Assembly (NCBI GenBank): GCA_021432655.1
Contig: MU271204.1
Span: 49,019 to 113,018 of the forward strand
Source of the DNA: Atractiella rhizophila
Lineage: Eukaryota
Direction: 5' to 3'
DNA length: 64,000 nt
Part shown: piece by piece, positions 38,950-51,850 of the stretch
How positions within the stretch are numbered: the first letter of the stretch is position 1
Layout of the letters: the number at the start of each line of letters is the position of its first letter
Notes under the pieces: model-generated
Seen by the model: only the letters and a program-made list of their open reading frames with translations
What the model was told of the DNA's origin: nothing
Database searches by the model: none
Position numbers and translations under genes: made by a program

Positions 38950-39905
38950 GTGATGGTCCTTACCATGCTGTGATCATGTAGGTGAGAAATGTTATGCTTG
39001 TATTCCAGGTATTAGCAAGCTTATCCAAGAAGCGAGGCGAGATTGACAGAGCAGGAATCTTCAATGATATTTCCTGTGCCCCTACTATCAGGACAAAGTG
39101 AAATGAAGGTATAAAAACAAACCAAACTTCTTCACAAGATTATGATTAGTAATAACTTTCGTCAATTGCTTTGCCAATATTGGTGCATTATGCAACTCTT
39201 GAAGCACTGTTGCTCGAAGGACCTTTTGCTTTCGATTCCAGTCTTGATCGATGAAGTGCCCAATTGTCCCCATGATCATGTACATCTGTTCCACGCTGGT
39301 CCAGATGTCAGTCTCAAGGTGAACTTTATCGTCCTCCTTCAAGTCAAGTGAGCCAATGAATGACATTGTAAAATAGAACATATAGTCAATTCGTCCAACA
39401 CTTTCTGCACCCGCTCCTTCAATGCATCACATAATCTCCTAGCCCACTTTCTTGCCGTCCTGGAACCATATAGCTTCATCGATGGCTTCAGGAGCTTGAC
39501 AGCTTGCTCAAGCTCATTTTCTTCAACAACAGTCCATGCATGATCTCTCCAAATAATCCACTCGACCATTTTCCGGAAGAAGTGGTCAACTTCTTTCTTT
39601 GGAACTGGTTTGAAGGTTTCGAAGGTAGACGGATCTCCGGACACTGATTTTGGGACCTTCGAAGCAGGGAGAGGAGGTGAATCATGACCAACAATTTGAA
39701 CCACAAGGTGTCGGTTTTGGCAGTCATTCAGATGGCTATTGCAACTAGAGTACCTCTTTGTGGACACACTGTGTTTCTTTCTACAGAGCATATTAGTTTC
39801 AGAGCTGAGAACCTCCCAGAGCAACAGGCCAGACATATCCACATAGCCTACAGGTGAATTCAGTAGATTTGTCTTCAGTGGAATCCTCTCATTTGCTTCC
39901 TCCAT
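38950..39905 (-). mobile_element. hAT transposase remnant (N-terminal part and first catalytic Asp)
   Basis: EWIIWRDHAWTVVE, DIWTS...GHFIDQDW. Confidence 0.8.
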
Positions 39906-41809
39906 CCCACCAACCCAGTAGACACAGAGAACATCGCTCAGTCAGTCCACTACATAACCCTGACAATGAGTGCACCTTGTAGAAATGAGCATGGGTTAGG
40001 ACAACTGTCAGATGGTACAGAAGCTGAGCTTTCTGAGCCTTGGTGAATAGTGACGAGCTACAGGACAAGGTACCATCATGTAGTCATGTAGTGCCAGTGC
40101 GAGCAAACGGAAACGTGGGAGGAGAATGATGATAGAGATTTTCGCTTGATGACCATTGAGGGGTCATTGAGGAGCTTTCTCGCATGTGATTCCTTTGTTC
40201 TCTGGAATGTAAGGAGTAGGATAAGAGAGAGAGGCAGCTTTGGCATCAAAGGTTGAGGATGGATGGAATTATTGAATTGGAAGCTGACTATCAACGAGAT
40301 GTTGTTTGGGGTATTGGACAAAAATGGGGTTGAGCGAGAAATGTTCTTATGGTGGCTGTAGAATGTTGCTGAACCAGGTTCTGTGTAGTTAACAGTATTG
40401 CTATCAATGCACGCATTCCACTCATTCTGTTGGCATCCTATGTGAAAGACAGCCAGGAATATGTGCCGTAACCCTATCTTTCATCACTGAGCTGATTACT
40501 AGATAGGATGTGGTGTGAGAGCTGGACACTCATTGTCCCTCAACCCTCGTCGCGCATTCCCTTCTTGCCCTGTCCGTCTTTCTTTCTTTCTCCCATGTTA
40601 GCCACAGTCACGTGACTAGCATGTGACTAGTGTGCTTTGTTTGTCTCTTGGACACCTGGATCCCCAGCGGTTTTCCACCATCTTACATTTCGCTGGGATC
40701 CAGCTCACAATGGGAAGCAAAGGCTTACCAGCTTCAAACAGTATGTCAGCTCCTACATTGAAGGCCAACAGTAATTAAAATGTTTAGCTTCATGAAGGGC
40801 AAGATTCCGTTAGAAATTCAGTACTGCTTTCTTTGACGCTTACGAGAAGGAACTGATCAAAAAAGAAGGATCGCTATAAATGGTACTATGAGATAGATGT
40901 GAATAAACATACAAACATAAATGGCAACTACTGGAGAATGTCAAGTGGCTGATGGGGGGCAAGGAAATTCATGTTGTCATCTATACTGAGCTCAGTGACG
41001 ATCAAAGAGAGGGACCTCTGTTAAAATATACAAGTGGGAATTTCAGATTTCTCTTTTAAAGTATACAAGTGAGAATTTCAGATTTCCATTCCCTCTCGCT
41101 TGTTTGATGCCTCAAATAGAATGGGAAGACATTGACTGCTGCTGAGAAGCCTCAAGCGTTGATGGTCCCAGATACCTAGGTCTGCTTCCCAATAAGACTA
41201 CACAAATAATTATCTCTTTCCATTAATTAGGTTAATGGTTGTGGTGTTTCCAGGTGAGTAAGAAAGTATGTCTTTTGTTTTTACCTTTGTAAGTGATCGA
41301 ATGCGGCAGATTTGCATGTCCCTTGGCCCTCATCAAAGCTTATCGATAAGTTCAAAACAAATTGGTGTTCTCGAGAGAGCACTGGGCAACACTGCCATCT
41401 TCCGGGTTATCAGTTGTGCCAATACCTACTGACAACAACCATTCAGCAAAGGCAGAGGCAATAACAAGGTCTCAGCTAGTCATTTCGGCCTGATGGCAGA
41501 GCAGGCACTTATTCACTATAAGAGGAAGGACAAACTGCCGGCCAAAAGGACTGTTGATGACACATGTTTTGATGATCTGTACACGTGAAGCTTTGGAGAT
41601 GACTGAGAGGCATTGTCGTATGGCACCTAATTATTTATTTCGATGTGCCACCAAATTGATTCTACACAATTCGGCCCTTGATTGATCGCGGTACATCCAA
41701 TGCATGTACCACCTTCAGCAGGGTATCAATCAATCCATGCCCATAACCACTCTTAAGCGGCTGCATGGCTCAGCTTTAACACAATTTTGGTTCTCAAACC
41801 CGTCTCCAG

Positions 41810-42060
41810 CTACTGTCGATAACCTTCAACATGGGCAGGTGTCAACGGATTTGCACCACCCAGACCCCTCTATACCTAGTGTTGATAACCTATCGACATG
41901 GGCCACTTTCAACATAATTGCACTCCTCAGACCCCTCTCTCCCTGATATCGATAACCTATCGACATGAGCCAGTTTCAATAAAATTGCAATCCTCAAAAC
42001 CCCTCTTCAACCGTTGTCGATAACCAATTGACTTGGCCCAGATTCACCAAAATTGCACAT
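41810..42060. repeat. Four degenerate ~67-bp tandem repeats
   Basis: GATAACC at 41818, 41884, 41951 and 42019, each followed by a TTGCA motif and (first three units) ACCCCTC. Confidence 0.85.
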
Positions 42061-42289
42061 AGAGTTAACAACATATAGATCACACATGTCTCAACCGTTA
42101 TAAATTAATTTTGTAACTTTGAATGTACTTTCTTTACCTGGAGAGATATGCTAAATATGAACTAGAACAGTCTAAGGAAGCAAGGATTTCAATCGATAAG
42201 TGATTTAAGATGCATCTTAGAGAGGACATTGCCTGTGCCTGTTAGTGTAAATGCATCCATGACATTTTGACTGGATTGTTATTCTTATC

Positions 42290-42540
42290 TGTGGCAGGGT
42301 TCTACCCTGATTAACTAAGTGCCGACAGTTTCATGATGATGCTGTCCTTATTAGAGGCAGGGTTGTGCCCTGGGCGCCAGGAGGCAAGGATTCAGCCAGG
42401 ATCCTCACAGATGCAGGGTTGGGCGGCAAGGAAGCAAGGATTCAGCCAGGATCCTGTCCCTGACAGAGCCAGGGTTGAACCCTAAAGTACTGTTAGCAGG
42501 ATTAAACTGCACTAAAAAAATTACATGCGGGGCAACTCTG
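42290..42540 (-). mobile_element. Probable hAT-like terminus with subterminal repeats
   Basis: Minus strand starts CAGAGTTGCCCC; repeated CAGGGTT; 22-bp direct repeat GCAAGGATTCAGCCAGGATCCT at 42384 and 42434. Confidence 0.45.
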
Positions 42541-42976
42541 GGAATGGCTGCTGCGGTGGAAATTTGGTTCATTGTGGGGCTGCTGTGACGGAATTGTGGG
42601 GACAGAGGTGTTCTCTGCTTTCAAGGGTACGAGTCCAGTATAAAACGTATTTTTCAACCCTTTCAGAATAAAATTTCCTTGCAGGTTCAGAAAGGGGCAA
42701 GCATATGGGTATGATGGTATAATTCATTTCATTCTATTGTGCATGGTGTGGGAGATGTGAGGGCTCAAAAGTGTGTCTTATGACTCATGCCAAGAACCCA
42801 ACACTCTTAGAAGAATAGATTGCAGTCCCTGAAGGCGATTATTTGGATTCCAACTCAACCTCTGGAGTACATGGCAAACAGGTGTTCACCTATGATCTCT
42901 CGACCAGCGTATGTATTTCCTCTTTCCACTTACTACTGCCCAGCTTGCATTGAACTATGACTCAAAACAAGCCACT

Positions 42977-45942
42977 TCAATGCCAGATCCAATATTCAAA
43001 TCGTGTTTCAGGTTCTCCTGCTTCCAGAAAGAGTCTTTTTGCCTCCTCAAACTCCCACCGTGCATCGTCATTCCTGCCAAGTAGACGATTGATTTCCCCG
43101 ACATTGTAGGCACAGTCAGCTTGCCCTAATGTAGCTTCGGCTTCGGCTTGCCCTAATCTACCTAACTGAATTCTCAATTCCCATAGAGCACCTTCGTCTT
43201 GTGAAATGTCCTCAGTGCATCCTCAGTGGCACCATCCTTGTGAAATCGGCAGGCGAGAGACGCAGTCAGTGAACACTTCAGCCTTAACAGATCGGAGAGC
43301 CTCTGATCTTGTCCTATCACTTCGTCCACAATACAAAGTGCCCTTGTAAGAGAAAGATTGAGAGCCAGAGATGGATGTACGGGGTTTTTGACATTTTCTC
43401 CACATGGCGGACAATTGACAAACGGTTTGGTGGTATACCATGCTTTCTAGCAGAACATGTTCGAGATTTTGATACTGTCCACCGAAGAATAGTCGTGGGG
43501 AATTCCTAAGTGCTCTATCATCGCCATTGATGTTGAACTCTTCAGCGATCTTCTCGGGTTTTTGCATGAGATGGTTGGTAAGAGGCTGAAGTGAGACAGC
43601 GAGAGTCATCGAAAAGGGAGGGCTGGAATCACGTACAAGGCGGTTGATGTATTGACGAATAGGAGCAAGCATACAGAGAGTACCTTGGTCTTGGAGGTAA
43701 TCGGCAAGCCCTATCTTTGAAATCACTGTGATGACCTTGAAGACACCCTGATGCACGTAAGTCGTGGATATGAGCGGCAATAAATCGCTATGGGACACGC
43801 CGTCAGGCACCCACGATAGGAGAGCAAGCCCAAAGAACCTGCGCTCCCCCTGCCTTTCAAGCTCTGGAGAATTGAGGGAGAACGATATCGACCGTCTGAG
43901 CATCATTGTGCTTTTGCCCTCTTCATCCCAGAAAACATCTGTCTTTCTATCCTTCCACTTGTGGAGCAATTGTTTGAGAGTCATGGTTAAATCCTCATTG
44001 GCATGTAGAGCGAACAGCTTGATTGATAGAGCATGGAAGACTAGTTCTTCAACTAGTTGTTTGATCAGCGAAAGGGAAAAATTCTCTTCTCTCGGATATA
44101 GGTTCTTGAAGAGTTCCAGTGCACCTTCTTGCGGCAGACCACTAAACAAGACCCTGAAAAATATTACTCGCTCGTCTGCTTTCACGTCCAAGGGTTCAAC
44201 TTGATTCCCGCGATGGATGATGACAAGCACCGAGCTGACCGAGTTGTTTGAAAGAAGTGTTCGAAAAAAGTGTTCTTTTCCGTTATTGTCAGCATGCAGC
44301 AGAGTTTCAAAGTTATCCAAAATGAGAAGACATTTTCTACTTCTGAAGTAGTGAACAGCGACGTCTAGTGATGGTTCGCCCGATCGGGGCAGCACAAAGA
44401 CATCGTCACAGATATGGTCAGAAAGCTGAGCGAAGGTATCAAAGCTGTCACAGCGAACCCAGAAGCGGAGGCCTTCTCTACTGCCGCCCGTCAAATCAGT
44501 GAAGTACTGCTCGATCTCGTCGGAGTGCACGGTGTTGAGTGCAACAGTGGATTTACCGTTTCCAGCTCCACCCACAATCGCTACATGGCGCCCGTTAAGT
44601 ATAGCGTTTCTGGCAAGTTGGATCTCATCTTCGCGGCCAAAGCAAGAGCCTGGAGGTGGTAATGGCAGCCGTCGACGAATTGCAATCCGATAAGCACAAC
44701 CTACAAGAACATCAACGCAATGGCTACAGAAGCGGTAAGAGAACATACACTGCACAAGATATTCAGCAGCATTGTGTGCTTCATGGCGCATTACGTCCAT
44801 ATAGGGTTTCGTACGGCCTACGATGTCCTGCGTTCGTTCCCACTCTTCCCACTTGATATCTCCCATCGCTTGGACTGAAAAGCGTTGATAGCGATGTCCC
44901 AGACTGCGAGCCTACATCCTCATCTTCAACTGATCAGCTACCTGGGAACAATCCTCGACAATCGCCTTTACTTTCAATCTCGCGTTTAGCACCACTCCAC
45001 TTGACGACAGGCGCGATCCCTGACCCCAGAGAGACAACACAGGCGATTTGGCTTCCTTCTCCCCAAATGCGTTTGGACTCGTCCATTGCTATTGCCGCTG
45101 GGTTATTGTTCCCGATGGCAACATATTTCACTTTGTCGATGACGCTAGGAGGAAAGAATTGAGGAGCAGAGGAAGTTGCTCTTGCTGCTTCCAACACTGT
45201 ACATCGATCAGCAGAATGAACTGCATTGACGTCGTAGGTGCGCATCTCTGTTGAACCAACTGTGTTTGATTCGTACCTTGCCACGACGAAAGTTCTGCAT
45301 CTATCTTTGATTGCGTCGTCCTTCATAGGAAGTTGAGAGGCCGATGCGGATGACGGACCTTGTCTTGCAATGATCTAGTGGAAGACATCTTCAAGCCAGT
45401 CTGCAGAGTATGTGTAGCCTTCTGTCGAAAGTGAAGCATCTTTGGAAAAGACATTCTGGACGATTTGTTCGTACGCCCTGATGGATTGTCGAACAGTCAT
45501 TCCCAACCGTCTGAGCATGAGGGTGATCCATCTGCCAGTGGACGTGCTGCAGATGAGATCGAAAACATGGCCGTACTTCTTCTCCTTCCGGAACGCAGAG
45601 GAGTTCTCCAACCTGGAGCACGACATCTTCAAGCATGTAAAGGGTGGAAAAGGAACAGATGCCCCGTTGTCAATGACGAGGATTCGGACCTCTTGTTCAT
45701 TCGTATTCTTGACATCCTCTGGGACTTTGAAGGTTTTGACAGTTTGAGCGTGGGAGGAGACAGAGGATGGACAACCTGACGGAGTGGGAACCTCCTGTGA
45801 TTTAGAGGAGAAGGGGTCAACGTTTGGTTTGCTTAAAGTCGAGGACTCCCTTGTTTGGCGTAATGCCCGGATCATCTGCCTCTCTCTTGGGACGTGTTTG
45901 GGGAGTTTCTTGATCTCGATCGTTGTTAGAGGTTTCCATCAT
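42977..45942 (-). pseudogene. Fungal NLR, patatin-like / STAND NTPase / TPR, paralogue 2, with frameshifts
   Basis: RILVIDNG, FDLICSTSTG, AARATSSAPQFFP, GGAGNGKS, CLLILDNFET, MLAPIRQY, TPR-like tail. Confidence 0.9.
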
Positions 45943-46429
45943 CTTGACAAAGTGTCGGATGGTAGATGGTAGATGGTATCGATGATGACTAGATGAGCAC
46001 TGCCTTGTGCTGTTGTTGTTGTGATCACAAGTAGACTTCACTGAAGTTTGATATGGAACTGTGTATCATATTGGACTGTACTGTAAATCACAGTTCCAGT
46101 TTGACAAAACAGTTGGACTGGGATCTGGAGTTTCAGTCCCATGGAGTTGCGGTTTGGAAGATGTCAAAACTTAGTAAAACTGATAAAACTGGTTTAATAC
46201 CTATTTGCGAATGTCGTAAATAATGCGGCTCCCGTTTGTGTGTGGACGCGCACTTTCTGCACAGAACAGCAGCAGTCAAGCTCTTCGAGATGTATCAGTT
46301 TGCCACCAACTTCCATTAATTTGATTGTTTTGCTATCTTTTCATCATCCCCCAGTGCCTTCTGCCGGCCGCTTTGCCATTGTCACAATGGCTCGCTTTGA
46401 GAGAAGAAGAGGAGTGGTATTTCATTCAA

Positions 46430-46969
46430 CTATTCAGTCAAATCGAAAATTACCTTCTTTCCAATGCTTTCCTCCTTCGCCCCCTCCATTGCAGTCACAA
46501 TCACCTTCTTTAACCTGGTTGGCATGGCCGTGAACTGGTGCTGGTGTTGGAAAGGAGGAGATCTGGAAGGAAAGGGAGGCGATCTGGCGTCCCAACTTTG
46601 CAACTGATGATGTGCTTGGAGACTGGAACGTACATTTATGGGCAATCCCTTTTTGAACATTCTCCATTCTTCTCCATGGTCTCGAAGAATGTGAAGAGTC
46701 AGAATGCCTTTATTTTTGTTGCCATTATCAAGGTGAAAGATAAGCTTGTAGCCACAGAGTACACAGTGGGCTGTATCTGCGAACAAAGTTCTGCCGTGAC
46801 ATTTATCGACTGTTTCCTGGTCAGAGTTCTTGATCTTGTAGAACATGGCAAAGATTGAATTCCTACTCCACATGCCTACGTAAGCAGAACATTGCATTAA
46901 AAGAGCGACATACTGTTTTGTCTTTCTCATATTGATATAGTTGTGGTCAACATGGTGAACTACAGGCAT
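46430..46969 (-). pseudogene. BED-type zinc-finger fragment, probably transposase-derived
   Basis: HCVLCGYK...GILTLHILRDH. Confidence 0.35.
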
Positions 46970-47773
46970 TGCAATATTTCTGTAATAACTGGAAAGAGCA
47001 CTGAAATGACCGATGGTAAAGGGAATTGTGAAAAGACATCATCTTTTATATAGCACTTGCATCCGAAGAACTTCCAGTCTTTAAATATGAGCCAGAGAAG
47101 TTCAGGACCCATTTTTCTCTCCTTCTTGATTCTAGGTTGTCTGCCTGGCTAGCACTGACATTGTACATAACGTCAGTGCTTCCGTACTACTTCAAGGTCC
47201 AAGGAAAGTATTACGGAGCCACAGGAGACTCGAGGAGGCACTGAAAGTGTCAAGGAACTCCCAAATATTATAAAGGCATAAAGTAGAATAGATCCATGAA
47301 CTTCTAAAGGCAAAAAGTATCGTGGAATTGTGGAAGCTGGTTAACCCACATTTTGTAAGTTTTACCTGCTTTAAAAGACGAAACAACAGCGTGACACGAT
47401 GCAAGACGTAACCAACAACCCCAAGTCGCTAACCTCCTAGTGTGCGAAACACTCCCCAAAAGAGTGATCCTGTCTACGTCTACGAAGCGCTAAATGGGGA
47501 CGCCGATCGGAAGTTGCCTCAACCCACCCCTCACCTTCTCAGCCAGTTGCCCCCCCTAACTCAACGCACAACTTCAACTATTGCTAGTGCTAGTTCGGGA
47601 AGGTGTTCTCGATTTTTGCCCCTCGTGCTCCAGCGATCTACACGGGAGGAATGGGGTCAATTTCTTTGGGTCCGGTCAGTTTTTCTACAGTATTTCTATT
47701 CCCCATTGACACCATGGATGTTGCTAAGTCTTACATTTCCAAGGTGTAACAACTTACACCAACTACCACCTCC

Positions 47774-50700
47774 GATGCCGACAGACATCAAAGTGATGGC
47801 TGAGTCTGTGAAGAAGGCTGCAGGATTCCTCGAGGCTCTGGGAGGAAAGAACGTCACACAGATGGAGGAGGAAAAGAAGGCATCGGAAGTAGCAACCGTG
47901 CAAGCCTCAAAAATCTTCCACCCCCTTATAATCTGGAGGACTCAAGCATCGGTGGACAAGAATGGCAAACCCATCTCTGTCCAAAACCCCATCAAGATCG
48001 AGATAAAGACGACCAAACTATCGAAAGCAGAAGCCAGGATGCACAAGGACATCATCGATGCTGCAAAGAGCGCGCCCTCAGGTGGAAAGGGAGACGGATT
48101 CTGGACCCAACATAGGACAATGCTCAATCACGTCTGCTTCCCAACTGACCGCCCGATGACTCTGCTGTTACCTCCTTCTGAAGATTCCTCAGCATCCAAA
48201 CAGAGAGAAGAAAACCAAACAGATCATTCAGAAGACCAGATGGAGGTGGATGCAGTCGTACAGCCTGAGCCCAGTTCGTCCTGCACTCAAGAGGACGACA
48301 TGCAGGTCGACAGCCAGCAGCCACCCGCCTCAGAGGCCTCCATCGTACCAGAGGACGATTCCACGGGTGCCATGGGGGCAAGCTAGCAGGGTGGACAAAT
48401 CGACATGGAACCCCCGTGAGGTACCAAAAGGCTGGATACCAGAGAGTCCGGCCGAGGATCCTTATCCATCGACAAAGCTCATGTCCTTGTGTCGCCTGCT
48501 CAGAGAACTGGTCACACCGTATATGTCTCCTGGCCGAGCAGGAAGCCGATAATCCAAAAGGCAAGTGAAATGCATTCCGACATCCCAGCACTGTGGGTGG
48601 ATGGCACCAGTATGAAGAAATTCAGAAGATCGCCACAAAGCGATGAGGGCGGTAAACATGGAGGCGCCTCACGTAGCAGACGATGGCGTCACTCCTTCAG
48701 AGGTTGTGGTCTCCTCACCTGTAAACAATGTGGGCGTAACCTTGCACAGATGTTCCCACTTGATCCTGCTGGTGAGTTGTTGGCTGCTTAAGTCGTAACA
48801 AAGCTAACACTGTCGATCCAGCACGTCCAATGGTCAGCCTTCGAGATGGAACAGACCATCAGAAGAGTCTACGGGTACCCCAACCCATACCACGTCACCG
48901 TCTGGTGCTTGGTCTCCAAAGGGAGCACCGATGTGCCAATGTCAATCATCACCTCCACCAAGCGCTTCCTCTCCCATACGCTCCTCAATCCACAAGACAT
49001 GACGTCGCTGGAATCTCAACTTCCAGAGGCGCTCGACCTCGTTCGGAAGCTGATGGGAGTCCAAATTCCATGGTTCAACGCAGAAGAAGTGGACTCTGAT
49101 CCAGAGGAGGTGAAGAAGAGGGAGAACGATGACCCGAAGGGATTGTTGGGAGATCGCCAATTTCAAACGTCCAAACGTGTGGAGAGACTAGATGAAAGGG
49201 AAGCCATCGAGACCAAGTCCATGGAGAAATATAGGGCAAAGGACATCGAGATTCAGAGAGCATCCGTGTTGCATACACGGACCATCAAGGCGGAGGAGGC
49301 AGACATCCAGAGGGAAGCCAAGGGGAAGAAGGTCCAACGGGACAAGCATGAGGCTGAGCGATCTAAAGACGACGGGACCGCAATCTACGTCAACGAAAAA
49401 CGTCACAAGGAAGCCAGAACCATCAAGGAGAAAAAGGAAGAAAAGAGGGAGATGAGGCGCAAACGGGAAGAGCTGAGATCATACCGTGTAGAGAAGAGGC
49501 TTGAGGACTCCGGAAAACGTCTAGAAGCAAGGATGACGTCATACCAGACATTTGCCGAACGATCCCAACACCGTGTGGAGCAACAGTTCAGCCAAGCAGC
49601 AGTGGATTCCACCAGACCAGCGAGCTCTCCCGTCAAACCAGAAGCACAGATGAAGAGGAAGCTGCCCATCCCTCTGCCCATAGCGAAGGAACTGAAGGTG
49701 GAGTTTGCTCAATGAATGAAGTTGGCATCACACCATTGTGCTCACGAAACACTCTACGGAAAGCCTGATGAGAAGTGGCCGGCCAATCCTGACACCGAAC
49801 CCCCAGAAGGCAGGAAGCGGAAGAACAATAGCAGGAGGAGGCCAAAGCCAAAGGATTCAAATGAAGAAGACGAAGAGATGGAGCAGCACTCAACTTCTTC
49901 TTCAGAGGACTCTAGCGCTAATCCTAAAAGATTGAAGCCATCTAAGAAGTCTGAACCATCGGCAGTAAAAGGGAAGAGAGCATCTATAAGCAAGGACCAG
50001 GGTCTGGATAAGAAGAAAATCGTTCGACGTCAAAGAACCTCCAGCTCCTCAGAAGAATCTTCGGATGAAGAGACAGATCGGATGATCGCTGAGTTCTCAA
50101 AACAGAACAATGATACTAATGACACGGACTTGCCTCCCATCCAACGGCCAGGATCGCCTGCAGCCCAAAAGCCAGAATTGCCTCCCACCGAACAGCCAGA
50201 ATTGCCTCCCTCCAGGCAGAGAAGGATTCAGAGGCGCAGACCATCAGAGGAAGAGGATGACGATGAGCAGTCTTCTGCTCATGATAGAGCACTCCTTGAT
50301 GACGAAGCAAAGGAGTCAGATACTAACATGGCCGGAAGGTCACCATCATCAGGGCCAAAGGCTTGTCATGCATTTGCCAGACATGAAGAGCCGACAAGCT
50401 CACAATCCTCATTCCAGCTCTTTCAGGAAGACCTTGATGATGACTTTAACCCTGAAGATGGGCTCCCAAGCGACGAGGAGTATGCCAGGAGAAGAGAAGA
50501 GCAGCTGGACGAGTGCTTGGACAAAATGAATGTGGAGAGTGAGAGCGAATCGAGCCCTACAGATGATTCAGAAGAGTCTGAGAGCAACTCGAGGAACGAG
50601 GGAGGTAAGTATATATTCCATGACATCCTTGACACTGACATTATTATCAGAGGATATGGATAGTGTGATGGAGGTGGATGAAAGGCAAGTGATGACGGTT

Positions 50701-51200
50701 GACAATGACAGGGAGTCCATAGGCAGCCAGGAAGATGGAATGGAGACGAGGCTCAGAGATGAGGACAATGCCAGAATCCGAGCAAACGAGGCTCAGGAGC
50801 CAGAGAGTCATTCAGCAAAAGAGGAGATGAATCAAGGAAGAGGGGCAAGTGTATGTGGCTACTCCCTAAGCGGGTGCTTGCTAACACTGATCTAGCCGCC
50901 ATTACGTCGACAGCTGAGATCGAGGGCCATTGTGGGTACTGAAATGGGACGCCTAATGCGCCAGAATCCCTACATACACCTGAAGACATATCTCCTGTCA
51001 CTGTCGTCCTCATCCTCAAGCACTCCATCTTCATCTCTACTTCCAACCTCACCCCTCCGATCTAAGGATTGCTGTTTGGAAGTCTGCATTGGAAGAGGTT
51101 CAGGGTGATTCTCAGTGATTGCAGCCTTTCGCTGACCAGGATGATGAGCTTCCATCAGATGGGGACCCAGCAGACGTTGACGCACCAAGCCATATTCTTA
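47774..51200 (+). CDS. Large charged/low-complexity hypothetical protein(s), spliced, with some disruptions
   Basis: Consecutive long plus-strand ORFs (47442-48386, 48846-49715, 49716-50663) with GT..AG intron candidates; no domain recognised. Confidence 0.4.
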
Positions 51201-51550
51201 TTCATATCGTTCTGCTTCCTCCTTTTGTCCGTAAAAGCTGTTTATTTGTCAAAGGAATGAGGCTAGAGCGGCTTTAGAGGCTGGGATAGAAGAATTCTGG
51301 GGGAGGAATTGGGGTGTCCATGATTTCGTGCACGGTATGGGGGGCCTTCCGGAAGACCAGACTGAGGTAGCACCTGTGGGGGACAGAATACGTGAGGAAC
51401 TCGACGATACGGCGGTGGTATGATCACCGCACACGGGTGTACGTATGAATGGTCAATGACCTGCTCTCCCTAGGTGCTTACCACCAGGGATGAGCAGGTA
51501 GGAGTCTCGGATAATAGTCATGTGAGGTGCTTACCACCAGGGATGAGCAG

Positions 51551-51850
51551 ATCCACAGTAGTATTACTGCTCAGAGTGATCATGGACAACTTTGCCATGA
51601 GGCAGAATTGATAATTTGGAATGAAGTAGGAATGAGCCATCGATGGTACTTTGAAGCAGTTGACCGGATGCTTAGAGACATGCGCAAAATAGATGCACCT
51701 TTTGGTGGAGTTATTTTGGTCCTAGGCGGTGAGTGAATCAAGTTAATGAGTTCAGCTCTAATAATTTTCAGGTGATATGCGACGATGCCTATCAGTGATT
51801 CCCAAAGCTTCATGTGCGCAGATTGTCGATGCGTGTGTCATCAACAGTCA
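51551..51850 (+). mobile_element. Helitron-type PIF1 helicase fragment
   Basis: LIIWNEVGMSHRWYFEAVDRMLRD...PFGGVILVLGG|DMRRCL. Confidence 0.85.

Noticed and set aside
40656..40703. Imperfect hairpin CTGGATCCCCAGCG / CGCTGGGATCCAG
   Set aside because: Could be a hAT subterminal motif, but there is no partner end or TSD
41810..42060. CRISPR-like array
   Set aside because: Eukaryotic context, degenerate whole-unit repeats without unique spacers, and no cas genes
47440..51434. GTGTGCG...CGCACAC as element termini around the large unknown gene
   Set aside because: Only 7 bp with no TSD; compatible with chance
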